Positions 30,936 through 43,806 of a DNA stretch of 64,000 nucleotides are shown here, in pieces. Both the position numbers and the translations under genes were made by a program. The notes beneath the pieces are model-generated. The model saw only the letters and a program-made list of their open reading frames with translations, was not told the DNA's origin and ran no database searches. Source of the stretch: Opitutales bacterium (GTDB taxonomy: Bacteria; Verrucomicrobiota; Verrucomicrobiia; Opitutales; UBA2987); the NCBI GenBank assembly GCA_965226885.1, contig CBDDEL010000009.1, positions 144,776 through 208,775 on the forward strand, given 5' to 3'. Position 1 is the stretch's first letter; each line of letters starts with the position of its first letter.

Positions 30936-32064
30936 GCCCGTTGGTTGGATTCTCGGCAATCATTCGCCGCACCACTTCGGACATTTTGCCGGTTTCTTCA
31001 AAAATCGAGCGTTGCCTATCCGCGCCGGTTGGTTGGTCAACCAATTTATAAATGCGATTCAGTTCCTTGGAGCAATCCAGCTCGACCGCATAGTCATGCA
31101 GGACGGAGGCCATTTGCGTTGCTAATTGACGCGCAGGGATCGGTTTGTGGGTAACGGAATCGACCAATTTCGCATCAAGGCCGTAGCGGCAGGCTTTCCA
31201 TTTGTTCTGTTTGACCATTATGGGGTGGATATCGTGCTGGTAAACGCCTTTATCGATGTCGTCCGATAATCGGCAAACCAGGCACTGAATGAGGGCGGCC
31301 AGGCTGAGGGCGTCATCCAGGCAGCAGGGCAGGTCGCAGATGCGCACCTCCACCGTGCCGAAACCCGGATGAGGCCGCACGTCCCACCAAATATCCCGAA
31401 TGCTGTTGATGAATCCGGTATTGATGGAATGCCGCACGACCCAGCAATATTCGCTGAAATTGCGCATCAGGGGCGGCAGCCCGGCATTCGGTAGCTGCTC
31501 CATGATCTTGCTTCTTTGGGAGTGCAGACCGGTGTCCCGGCTGACCCAGAATGGGCTGTTGACCGACAAGGCCAGCAGGGTGGGGATGTAGCGATTCATG
31601 CGGTCGATGAGCATGACGGCTTTGTCCCCGGAATCCACCCCCACATGCACATGCATCCCGAAGGTGACAATGCGCCGGGCGGTGTCCTGCATTTTTTCGA
31701 TGAGTAAATGATAGCGATCGCTAGGGGTGATTTTTTGGTTTTTCCAAATTGAAAACGGGTGCGTGCCGCCCCAGAACAGCAGGGTGTCCAGCTTTTTGGC
31801 AGCATCTTCCACCGCCTGAATCTTCTGTCGCAAATCCTCACCCACCTCCGCAATGGTGTTGCAGACCTTCGAATTGATCTCTAGATAGCACTGCATCAAC
31901 TCCGGCTTGATGGAATCCTCGAACTCGGGAGGGAGGGAATTGAGAACATCGGTGATGACGCTTTTCAAGGCATAAGTTTCAGCATCAACCAGTTGCAGCT
32001 CGATTTCGACACCCACCGAGGGCCGGGAGTTATGAGTAAATTTGAGAGCGGAATTTCCATCCAT
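30922..32064 (-). CDS. YbdK-family carboxylate-amine ligase (GCS2)
   Basis: SVGVEIELQLVD, GGTHPF, FGMHVHVG, LALSVNSPFW, IWWDVRPHP.FGTVEVRICD, NKWKACRYGL. Confidence 0.9.
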   Translation of the reverse strand: MDGNSALKFTHNSRPSVGVEIELQLVDAETYALKSVITDVLNSLPPEFEDSIKPELMQCYLEINSKVCNTIAEVGEDLRQKIQAVEDAAKKLDTLLFWGGTHPFSIWKNQKITPSDRYHLLIEKMQDTARRIVTFGMHVHVGVDSGDKAVMLIDRMNRYIPTLLALSVNSPFWVSRDTGLHSQRSKIMEQLPNAGLPPLMRNFSEYCWVVRHSINTGFINSIRDIWWDVRPHPGFGTVEVRICDLPCCLDDALSLAALIQCLVCRLSDDIDKGVYQHDIHPIMVKQNKWKACRYGLDAKLVDSVTHKPIPARQLATQMASVLHDYAVELDCSKELNRIYKLVDQPTGADRQRSIFEETGKMSEVVRRMIAENPTNGLNEP

Positions 32065-32086
32065 AAGCAGTGTCCGGCGTTTTAAT

Positions 32087-33292
32087 TTATTTAAGCAAAG
32101 CCAGGTTGAGAGTTGAACGGGCCAGGATTTTAGTTCCAATGGAAAGGGCCGATTCGGCGATATCGAACTGGGGAGAATGCAAATAACTGGGTTGCTGGCC
32201 GTGCATGCCTACTCCCAGCCTCAGCATACAGCCGGGGGCCGACGCCAGGTAATTACTGAAATCTTCTCCCCCCATGCTGGGGTGCGGAATCCAGCGGACG
32301 TTTTCCTTGCCCACCACCGAGATGGCCGCCTTACGGCATTTCCTCATTACTTCCCGATTGTTGATGACGCTTTCGATCTTGTAAGGAATGTGCATTTTAA
32401 AAACAGCGCCGGTGGCATTGGCAATGCCGTTGGCAATGTCCATCATCTTGACCTTGATGAACTGCGATGTGTCGTTTTCTACCGTGCGGATGGTGCCGCG
32501 CAATTGCACGTTTTCAGGAATGACATTGGGGTTGATTCCGCCCTGGAAAACACCGAAAGAAACCACCGCAGGCTCTTGCGCATCGAGCAGGCGCGGCATG
32601 GTGTTGTAAACGGTGTTGACGAATTGGGCGGCAGCGCCCACCGGATCTATAGTTTGATGGGGCCTAGCTCCATGGCCGCCCCGGCCCGAGACGCGAATAT
32701 CGAATTCTTCGCAAATAGCCGTCAAGGCGCCCTCTCTCACCCCGATGGTGCCGACCTTCCGAGAGGGGTCCACATGCAGGGCGATGATCGAGTCCACACC
32801 TTTCATGACTCCGAATTCGATCATCTCGTTGGCCCCCGTAGCGGACTCCTCGGCGGGCTGAAATATGGCCCGCCAGGTTAATGGCCGGGGAAAAAGGTCC
32901 CTGCATTTATGCAAGGCGAGGATGGCCCCCAGGAGCATGGCAGTGTGAGCGTCGTGCCCGCAAGCGTGCATGAGGTCGGCTTCGGTTGACCGGTAAATAA
33001 CGGTTTTTTCATCCTGCAAGCGCAGGGCATCGATATCGGCCCGCAGAGCGATGCGCATTTGGCCATTCTGTTCCTGCGAATCCACTGCCAGGCCTCTTTT
33101 GGTGGGCGCAATCCTTGGTGCCAGCCCCTTCTGGCGCAGCCATTGGGCGAGATAGGCGGTCGTTTTGAATTCATGTTCGCTGGCCACGGGATTGGCGTGC
33201 AGGTAACGCCTTACCTTGCGAATTTCATCATCAAGCGAATCGATTACCTGGTCTAATTCACCGTTGATGCTTGATGTAATGGAGGCTTCCAT
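32087..33292 (-). CDS. M20D-family amidohydrolase
   Basis: RRYLHANP..S..E, ALRADIDAL, MHACGHDAHTA, FQPAEE, GGHGARP, MGGEDF, LHSPQF. Confidence 0.9.
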   Translation of the reverse strand: MEASITSSINGELDQVIDSLDDEIRKVRRYLHANPVASEHEFKTTAYLAQWLRQKGLAPRIAPTKRGLAVDSQEQNGQMRIALRADIDALRLQDEKTVIYRSTEADLMHACGHDAHTAMLLGAILALHKCRDLFPRPLTWRAIFQPAEESATGANEMIEFGVMKGVDSIIALHVDPSRKVGTIGVREGALTAICEEFDIRVSGRGGHGARPHQTIDPVGAAAQFVNTVYNTMPRLLDAQEPAVVSFGVFQGGINPNVIPENVQLRGTIRTVENDTSQFIKVKMMDIANGIANATGAVFKMHIPYKIESVINNREVMRKCRKAAISVVGKENVRWIPHPSMGGEDFSNYLASAPGCMLRLGVGMHGQQPSYLHSPQFDIAESALSIGTKILARSTLNLALLK

Positions 33293-33378
33293 GACGAACA
33301 GTAAGTCGCCTCCATAATTGCCGATCCAGCCTGGCCAGGCAAGCAATCATTTTCTTCCGGTAATGAAGGTAACTCCGA

Positions 33379-34107
33379 TCAAAGTGGGCGATGCAGCCGA
33401 TGTTTGTAAGCTGAAATCAGCTCCTCATTTATAGTGCGGGCATCGGGGGTTGAGTTGGCGCTGACGAGTAGCGGAAGGGTGAGATTTTCATTCTTCAGGT
33501 ATTGCACAATTTCCATCAAAAGAAGATTTAAAAGCAATGCGCCGGTGAGGGTGGAAGTGGGCCCCGTATATTTTGACTGGCTGGGAATTTCGATGGCGGC
33601 GTCTCCCGGCGGGCCGCCGTTGTCGAGGACGTAATCCGCCACCTCGAACAGCTTTTGGCCGCTGGGGTGTCTGGATTGAGCTGGGCGAGACATAGGCAGG
33701 CTGGTCAGCGCGGCCACCATCAACCCCAGAGATTGGCACTTGAGGGCGACTTCGATGGGGCAGGGGTTTATACCTGAGTTGGAAATCACAATAACGGTTT
33801 CCCCCTCTCTCATGTCGTATATCGAATGGTGCTTTTCCACCAGCCGGGTTCCGTAACCGGGCAGGGTCTCCACCCAGCCGCCGGTGGGGTCGACAATGGC
33901 GCTGACTTGAGCCAGGCCACCCGCCCGGTGCACCAGTTCGCGAGCGAGAATGGCCGAGTGCCCGCTGCCGAATGTATGCAAGACTCCGCCGTTTCCAATG
34001 GAACGGCCGATGACAGCGCCTAATTTCTCCAGAGTTTCGCGGTTTTCCTGGAAAATCCGGCTGTTGCCGGCCTGGATTTGTTCAAAATATTGGTCGGAAA
34101 GTTTCAT
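33379..34107 (-). CDS. SIS (sugar isomerase) domain protein
   Basis: FGSGHS..A.E...RAGGL, ISNSGIN, HPSG.KL.E.AD.VLDN...GDA. Confidence 0.85.
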   Translation of the reverse strand: MKLSDQYFEQIQAGNSRIFQENRETLEKLGAVIGRSIGNGGVLHTFGSGHSAILARELVHRAGGLAQVSAIVDPTGGWVETLPGYGTRLVEKHHSIYDMREGETVIVISNSGINPCPIEVALKCQSLGLMVAALTSLPMSRPAQSRHPSGQKLFEVADYVLDNGGPPGDAAIEIPSQSKYTGPTSTLTGALLLNLLLMEIVQYLKNENLTLPLLVSANSTPDARTINEELISAYKHRLHRPL

Positions 34108-34358
34108 AATCGGATATATTCGGCTGAGAGCGTGTTTCTTGTCCAGAACAACCTTGACACAGTTTTCCAGAGTGTTTTCTTGACAAGCCGTAGCGCCTTG
34201 AGATTCGGTTAGCCGTTACCGGGAGACAGGGTCTTTTTTTAAGGAATTCGTCCTATCATTTTTCCCGGCAATCGATTCTGTTGACACAAGTCGGAAAATT
34301 TTTTTTTGAACCTGTAAATATATAACAACAAATACTGATCTAACGACACTTTAAACCT

Positions 34359-36554
<2,196 letters not shown>

Positions 36555-36574
36555 ATAAGGACGGTTTTGCTGCT

Positions 36575-37356
36575 ATGGCTGATTCAGCGGTGCGGCTTCT
36601 CAAGGTAGTCAAAAACTATGACCGGCAAAGGGCCGTGGACAATTTGTCCCTGGATGTCCCGGCCGGTTCCATATACGGTTTTATCGGTCCTAACGGCTCC
36701 GGGAAAACGACCACCCTGCGCCTTATCCTGCACCTGATCCTGCCTGACGAGGGGATTGTCGAAGTCCTTGGAAAACGGGAAACGCGGGCCGCCAACGACA
36801 GGATCGGCTATCTCCCGGAGGAGCGCGGCCTTTACAAAAAAATGACGGTCCGGCGGCAGATCGGGTATTTTGGCAGGCTCAAGGGAATGAGCGGCCCGCT
36901 TATCCGAAAAAGGACAGCATACTGGCTGGAACGCCTGGGATTGGCCGACCGCATCGATTCCAAAACGGAAAGTCTTTCCAAGGGCATGAGGCAAAAGGTG
37001 CAGTTTATCGCGGCCGTCATCATGCAGCCGGACTTGCTCATCCTCGATGAACCGTTTTCCGGGCTCGATCCTCTCAATCTGGAAGCTATCCGGGAAGTAA
37101 TCCTTCAACTCAAGCGGGAGGGAACCACCATCCTGTTATCCACCCATGACATGGTGGTGGCCGAGAATATGTGCGATTATGTTTTCATGATCGATAACGG
37201 CAAAAAGGTGCTCGATGGGCCACTTTCTGAAATACAGGAAACTTTTGGGCAGGATACGATTCGGGTGCGCCTTGGCGGGAGCGATTTTACCTCCTGGGAA
37301 ACCCTCCCCGGGGTTTCATCGGTGCGCGACCATGGGCGGTATCAGGAGCTTAGGTA
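36575..37356 (+). pseudogene. ABC ATP-binding protein, 3' end cut by IS; no permease follows
   Basis: GPNGSGKTT, IGYLPEERGLY, LSKGMRQK, LDEPFSGLDP; ORF reads into the IS IR after ...QELRY. Confidence 0.85.
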
Positions 37357-39192
37357 CAGGCTGTCCCAAAAGGGTGATTTTTGCGAGGGCTTTTGATAGG
37401 CGCTCATTTTTTTGATAGGCGCTCATTTTAGAGGTATTTGCATTTGGGAGAGTATCAACTTTGCTCTCCTATGACGTTAGGATACTGGTTTTGGGGTCCG
37501 GTTGCCTGGTTTTCTTTGTATGAGCCGACAGTACGGCTGTGAAAAAGTATTGTCCTTGCTTTTCCGCTCTCTAGGCCGCCGCTTTGGTTTTTAGTTCGTC
37601 TTGCTGGGCCAGCATCTTGGCTACTTTCCATAGGTTGTGCGAGAGTACCGACCAGGCTACGCTGATCGAGCGGTTGGCAAAGCCTTTGCTGCGCAACCGC
37701 CCGGCCTGCCAGCGATTCTTCAATACCCCGATCCGCCCTTCGGTGCTGGCCCGGCGCTTTTGCAATTGTCTGAACAGTGGTTCCTCCATCCGTTTTTTCA
37801 ACTGCTTCGGATCGCGTGGACAGAGCGCGTCGTAGATTCCCTCCTGGGCTAACTCCCAGCGGGCCCGCTGGGAGGCAAATCCCCGGTCCGCGCACATGGC
37901 CGCTATGGGTTCTTCCAGGTTGAAGCGGTTCTGTCTTTGCAAACTCTCTTGCATTTGTTCATTTTCGCTTGGAGTTCGGCTGCCGTAGAGTTTCCAGTCC
38001 AGCAGGTACCCTTCAACGCTTTCTCCCAAAAACAGGGTGTTGCCGAACTCGACCTCTTGGCCCGCTTTACCTCGCACAATCACCTGCCCATCGAGTTCGT
38101 AAACACTCAAGACTTTCTCTGCGTTTTTCACCTGGCGGCCGCCAATGATCCGCTCGTGCGCCTGTTTGATGACCACCGGGATTTGCTCGCTCATGCGCTC
38201 CATCCGGGCGAGGATCTGTTGGACCTGTTTTTCGCTGTAATCGCTTTGCTCCCAGCAGGCTTGCAATAATTCCCGGTGACTGCGGGCATGCTCCCCGATC
38301 CGTTTGAGCAGCTTTTTCATCTGCCTCAAGATACCCTTGCGCTGCCGCGCGCTGTCCTTTCGCCGCCGGCTGTGGGTCATCTGTATGCACAGCCGATTCA
38401 TCTGCCGAGCCAAGGGCTCCGGTTCGATCGGCATGCGATGGCGCACACCGGCCTTCTCGCGGATCAGCCGGATCGCTTTGAGCAACGTGCCGGCTACATC
38501 CTTGAGTAATACCCAGTCCGTCGGCCAATGAATGTTAGCCTCCAAACAGGTGCCGTCGATCAGGCAAATGGTGGTGTCAATCGGCTTGTCCAATCCCACC
38601 TGCCGGGCCAGAAGGGCATCGCCCACCACCTCAGTCAAGGTCCGGTGCAAGGCCCTCAACTGCTCTTCGCTGAAAAACTTCGAGGCCCGCTCCAGGGTGC
38701 TTTTGGAGATGCCCCTGATGCCATCGATCTGCCGGACACGGCAAAAGTCGGCCAACAGATCGCTGCTGCCCAGAGCCCGCGACAAATGCCGAAACGAAAT
38801 CCCTCCGAGCAGACGGCCCAGCGTATCCATGCGCAGTGCCTTGATGGCAAAACTGGCCCGCTGCCGCCGGGCCTTTAGACCCATTGGCTGCCACCCCTCC
38901 AAGGCCAGCTCAATGGCCTGCGATTCCACCTCCGAGTCGATCAGCAGCCGATCGATTCGATCAATGGTGGCGCGGAAGTTATCGTAATCGAGGCACCGGT
39001 CGACCACAGTTAAAGCTGGACGCAGGAGGCATTGGATGGCTATATTTTTCATAGAAAGGGCTATATTGATTTTCGCTAACTCAATTATAGAACCCTTTTT
39101 TGGCCGGATCGAGCAAAAACTTGCTCTTTCCGGCTCTTTTTATCAACGTCATCCAGTTGACTATAAAATCTTTATATTTTTGGGACAGCCTC
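37357..39192 (-). mobile_element. IS5-like/ISNCY element, copy 2 (transposase 37571-39052)
   Basis: Near-identical to 24587-26403; TA flanks; 19-nt internal duplication 37392-37429; three amino acid differences. Confidence 0.88.
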
Positions 39193-39495
39193 TATATAAT
39201 GCGACCACCAACCCGGCTACCCGCATCTGGTTGATGATAAATACGAACAGCAGCCCTCCTGACAATCCGATCAGTTTCGCCTTCCAGGAACACGGAAAGG
39301 GCAGTACGGCACTGGCCAAAATGAGGTAAGCCAAGGCGCCATCGCAACCATAGCCGATGGCTATATTTCTCACTACTCCCTGAAAAGTAACCCACATGGT
39401 CACATCGTGAAGTATTATATCCACTCCAGCCAATCAGACAAAAAATGTGAATGCCATGGCCGTGAATTTATCGATCGGGTAAAGAACCGCTGCAG
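39193..39495 (-). pseudogene. Internal fragment of an exosortase/archaeosortase-family gene
   Basis: IAIGYGCDG...LILASAVLPFP.SWK.KL.GL..G.....IINQMR contains the catalytic Cys and Arg pattern; bounded by IS on both sides. Confidence 0.6.
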
Positions 39496-40823
39496 TGATG
39501 TGCACTGGAAAAAGTGGACACGAGATTCTCCTAAATGGAGAATCGAAGCATGGGAAGAAGACGCTTTAGTATAGAGTTCAAAAATGAGGCAGTTCAACTG
39601 ATGATACTCGATGGTCTGAGCGCCACCGAGGTATCGACCAAACTTAGGGTCAACACCAACCAATTGTATAGGTGGAAGAGGCTCTATCTGGACGATCAGC
39701 AGGGCGAAGCCACCTCAAAGCGACAGAGCAGTCCGAAGGAGATGGCGGCCGAGATAGATCGTCTTCGCAAAGAGCTGCGCCGCTCGGAGCGGATCAACCA
39801 GATACTAAAAAAAACGGTGGGCTACTTTGCCAAGGACGAACAATGAAGTACCAGTTTGTCAAAGACAACGAGGGGCGCTTCAAGATCGAGGAAATATGCT
39901 CGGCGATGGGGATTTGTCGCAGTGGCTATTACTGCTGGAGGCACCGAGCGCCCTCGGCCCGGCGGATCGAGGACGAGGGAATCAAGGGGGCGATCCTGAA
40001 GGTACACAAAGAGGCCAAGGGCCGCTATGGGCATCGGCCAATGCACCGCCATCTGAAGGATGATGAGGGCATCGATTGCGGCCGTGACCGGGCTCTGCGT
40101 CTGATGCGTGAAATGGGAATCAAAAGCACCCAGAGTAAACGCTTTAAGCCATTAAAAACCAACAGTAACCATCCCTATGGTTACAGCCCCAATGTGCTTA
40201 AAAAGCATGGCCAGCCGACCCATATCGACGAGGTCTGGGTGGCGGACACGACCTACCTACGGACCCTGGCCGGTTGGATGTACTTGGCCACGGTGATGGA
40301 CCTGTTCAGCCGACGCCTGCTGGGCTGGAGCGTTTCCAACCACAACGACGCGAAGCTGGTTGGCAAGGCCCTCAAAGCCGCGGCCATGACCCGCGGCACA
40401 CTGCGCACCGGGATTATTCATCACAGCGATCGGGGCAGCCCCTACGCCAGCGACGACTATCAGAGGCTGGTCTCTGAACTAGGCATGAAGCCGAGCATGA
40501 GCGGCCAAGGCAACTGCTACGACAACGCGGCCATGGAATCGTTCTACGGCCGCTTCAAGACCAGCACGATTCGAGGCCGCCACTTTGCCGACGAGCGCGA
40601 ACTGCGATCAACTGTCTTCGAATACGTGGAAATCTTCTACAACCGATATCGCAAACATTCCTCTCTGAGTTACCAAAGCCCAGTCCAATTCGAGGAAAAT
40701 ATTTGCCCCCCATGGGGGGCAACGAGAAAACAAAACCCTTTACCAAAACAAGCCGCCTGACACACTAATCAATAAACAATGAATATAAGAGAATCCCGTG
40801 TCCAACAAATCCAGTACACGTCA
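39496..40823 (+). mobile_element. IS3-family element, complete (orfA to 39846, orfB 39843-40760)
   Basis: Ends TGATGTGCACTGGA.../...TCCAGTACACGTCA; ATGA overlap; A8 run 39807-39814; WVADTTY, HHSDRGS.Y, CYDNA.MESF. Confidence 0.95.
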
Positions 40824-41390
40824 CCTACGGACCCTGGCCGGTTGGATGTACTTGGCCACGGTGATGGACCTGTTCAGCCGACGCCTGCTGGGCTGGAGCG
40901 TTTCCAACCACAACGACGCGAAGCTGGTTGGCAAGGCCCTCAAAGCCGCGGCCATGACCCGCGGCACACTGCGCACCGGGATTATTCATCACAGCGATCG
41001 GGGCAGCCCCTACGCCAGCGACGACTATCAGAGGCTGGTCTCTGAACTAGGCATGAAGCCGAGCATGAGCGCCCAAGGCAACTGCTACGACAACGCGGCC
41101 ATGGAATCGTTCTACGGCCGCTTCAAGACCAGCACGATTCGAGGCCGCCACTTTGCCGACGAGCGCGAACTGCGATCAACTGTCTTCGAATACGTGGAAA
41201 TCTTCTACAACCGATATCGCAAACATTCCTCTCTGAGTTACCAAAGCCCAGTCCAATTCGAGGAAAATATTTGCCCCCCATGGGGGCAACGAGAAAACAA
41301 AACCCTTTACCAAAACAAGCCGCCTGACACACTAATCAATAAACAATGAATATAAGAGAATCCCGTGTCCAACAAATCCAGTACACGTCA
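40824..41390 (+). mobile_element. IS3-family element, 3' fragment in tandem
   Basis: Near-identical to 40256-40823, including the right IR. Confidence 0.92.
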
Positions 41391-41462
41391 AAGGGAATCG
41401 ACCTCAAAAGCAACAGTTAGTTGGCAGCTTTTTCTCCCCGCCTGGAATAAGGCCTGGCGAGT

Positions 41463-42119
41463 TCATTCAACCAATATCTTTTTCGCCGCGCTGGCCCCGA
41501 TGGTCAATGTTTTGCCGGTGCAGAGAGAGAAAGTGACCGTGCCGGCAACCTGGTTTTGTTCTAAAATCTTGAGATCCGTTCCTGGCTGAAGCCCATTATC
41601 TTCAATGAATCGAAGAAATTCCGGGTCTTGATCGGTAATGCGCGATATGCACAGAGGCTCTCCTCTCGGACTGCCGGAGAGATTCTCCAGATTGCGGGCG
41701 TCGATTTTTCCTTTGGCCGTGGGAATCGGGTCTCCGTGCGGGTCCACCGTCGGGTATGCCAGCAGAGCGTCGATTTTTTCTAATACCTTATCCGAAATGA
41801 CGTGTTCGAGTTTTTCCGCCTCCTCGTGTATTTCCGACCAACTCAGGCCGAGAATTTCTACCAGAAAAAGTTCGACCAGCCGGTGGCGGCGAAGCACATG
41901 CAAAGCGAGCTTTTCCCCTTTTTCGGTCAGCCTCACGCCTATGCGGGGGGCATAGTCGACCAAGCCCGAGTCGGCCAGGGACTTTGCCATAGTGGTCGTG
42001 GTGCCGGGGACGACACCCAGAGCCGATGCCACCCTGCCCATGGGAACCCGCGATCCTTCCGCTTGCTGCTGCTCCAACAGGATTTGCTTGAGGTAATTTT
42101 CTACGGTGCTAGTGGCCAT
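41463..42119 (-). CDS. DtxR/MntR-family metal-dependent repressor with C-terminal FeoA-like domain
   Basis: ENYLK.I, RRHRLVELFL, HEEAEKLEH, DPHGDPIP. Confidence 0.92.
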   Translation of the reverse strand: MATSTVENYLKQILLEQQQAEGSRVPMGRVASALGVVPGTTTTMAKSLADSGLVDYAPRIGVRLTEKGEKLALHVLRRHRLVELFLVEILGLSWSEIHEEAEKLEHVISDKVLEKIDALLAYPTVDPHGDPIPTAKGKIDARNLENLSGSPRGEPLCISRITDQDPEFLRFIEDNGLQPGTDLKILEQNQVAGTVTFSLCTGKTLTIGASAAKKILVE

Positions 42120-42212
42120 GAGTTGAGACTTTTTTGCGAAGCTGACAGGTTTTCGGGTTTTGAACAAATAAAATCCTTTTACGACGTGTCCCTGATTAAT
42201 TATGTTTGTGCC

Positions 42213-43058
42213 CTATCTTAAACGGCGCCGAATTTGGATGCTGGCCTGTTCCACCGCCAGGACCACCAGCATGGTTACCAGCACCATGGTGGCAACGCTC
42301 CGGTAGTCGAAGGCGCGGCGGTAGTTTTCTATCCACAAACCCAATCCTCCCACTCCCACAAATCCGAGCACGGCGGAATCGCGAATGTTCATATCGATGC
42401 GAAAAAGAATGAGCGAAGCGAATTGCCTGGAAACCTGCGGCCAGATGGCGAAGCGGACCTTTTGCAGCCAGTTGGCGCCAGCACTGTCGAGCGCTTCCCA
42501 GACGCCCCATTCGGCGCTCTCGCATTGTTCCGCAAAAAGTTTGCCCAGCATCCCAATGGAGTGAATGGCTATGGCCAGGACGCCCGCAAACGGTCCCAAC
42601 CCAACTGCGGCGACAAAGAGCAAAGCCAGCACCAGGACCGGGATCGACCGCAGAAGTGCCAGCATGGTTTTGATCGGATGGTGTATCCAGGCCGGAGTCA
42701 GGTTTTCGGCTGCCAGAAAGCCCAGTCCAAAAGCGGCCAGGGTTCCCAAAAAAGTTCCCAAAAGCGAGATTTGCAGGGTCACCGCGACGGTTTCACCGGC
42801 CAGCCGCAAGGGCGGCACAAAGGGCCGCGCCTCGGTCGGATTCCAGGATAAATCCGGGGGCAGCATGCGGGAAAGAAATAGCTTCAGGTTGGGGGTCGAT
42901 CGTGCCAACTCGAAAATATTCATTTCCGTGCCCACCCAAGACCAGACCAAAACCGCGGTTACCGAAGCGAGAATAATGAGATGGACCGCAATCCGTTTCC
43001 CTTTACCCGGAAACGGGGGCGGCGTCATCATCGAAGTAGAGGAGGTTTTTTCCGCCAT
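42213..43058 (-). CDS. PhnE/PtxC-type ABC permease
   Basis: LRSIP.LV.ALLFV.AVGLGPFAGVLAI..HSIGMLGKLFAE, NIRDSAVLGFVG.GGLG. Confidence 0.88.
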   Translation of the reverse strand: MAEKTSSTSMMTPPPFPGKGKRIAVHLIILASVTAVLVWSWVGTEMNIFELARSTPNLKLFLSRMLPPDLSWNPTEARPFVPPLRLAGETVAVTLQISLLGTFLGTLAAFGLGFLAAENLTPAWIHHPIKTMLALLRSIPVLVLALLFVAAVGLGPFAGVLAIAIHSIGMLGKLFAEQCESAEWGVWEALDSAGANWLQKVRFAIWPQVSRQFASLILFRIDMNIRDSAVLGFVGVGGLGLWIENYRRAFDYRSVATMVLVTMLVVLAVEQASIQIRRRLR

Positions 43059-43785
43059 AGATTCCTTCCATTTTTGATTCCGTGAGTGTGTCTGAAGGGC
43101 CGTCGAAAACGACGCGACCTTCCTTCAAGCCGATAATTCTTTTTGCGTAAGTCTTTGCCAAACGTGGCTGGTGCAAGCTCATAATGAGGGTGTTTTCATG
43201 GTGTTTCTGCACTTCTGACAACAGTTGCAGGACTTCCGCCGCCCGCAGGGGGTCGAGGCTCGAGACCGGCTCGTCGGCCAGGATGAGGGAAGGGCGTTGA
43301 GCCAGGGCGCGGGCCACGGCCACTCTTTGTTGCTCGCCCCCGCTGAGCGTTTCCGCCATTTGATGAACGAGATCGGACAGACCCACCTCGCAAATGGCCT
43401 CCCAGGCAATGCGTCGATCCCGGGGCGGGAAATAACCGAATAACGAGGGGAGCGGATGCGCCGCCCCCAGCCGCCCACAGAGAACGTTTTGCCAGACCGT
43501 CATCCTCGGAGCGAGATGGAATTGCTGGTAGATCAACCCCATCCGCCGTTTGATCCGGTTTCTCTGCCGACGCGCCGCCAAAAAAAGATTGCAGCCCAAT
43601 ATTTCGACTTTTCCCTGAACCGGCGGCACATAGCCCTTGAGGCATCGCAGAAGGGTGCTTTTGCCTGCTCCGCTGGGACCGATTACAGCCACTCTTTCGC
43701 CGCCCTCAATACGGAGGCTTGGAATGGCGAGGGCCGCCGGCTTGTTTTTGCCGTAACGAACCTCCAAGTGTTCGATTGTGACCAT
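43003..43785 (-). CDS. PhnC-type ABC ATPase
   Basis: GPSGAGKST, NVLCGRLG, LSGGEQQRVAVARAL, ILADEPVSSLDP, SLHQ. Confidence 0.9.
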   Translation of the reverse strand: MVTIEHLEVRYGKNKPAALAIPSLRIEGGERVAVIGPSGAGKSTLLRCLKGYVPPVQGKVEILGCNLFLAARRQRNRIKRRMGLIYQQFHLAPRMTVWQNVLCGRLGAAHPLPSLFGYFPPRDRRIAWEAICEVGLSDLVHQMAETLSGGEQQRVAVARALAQRPSLILADEPVSSLDPLRAAEVLQLLSEVQKHHENTLIMSLHQPRLAKTYAKRIIGLKEGRVVFDGPSDTLTESKMEGIYGGKNLLYFDDDAAPVSG

Positions 43786-43806
43786 GGGTCGGATGGCGGG
43801 GTCAAG

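Noticed and set aside
34108..34358. Possible riboswitch upstream of hppA (TTACCGGGAGA...TTTTCCCGGCAA pairing)
   Set aside because: I cannot match it to a known aptamer consensus by eye; an Rfam scan would be needed.
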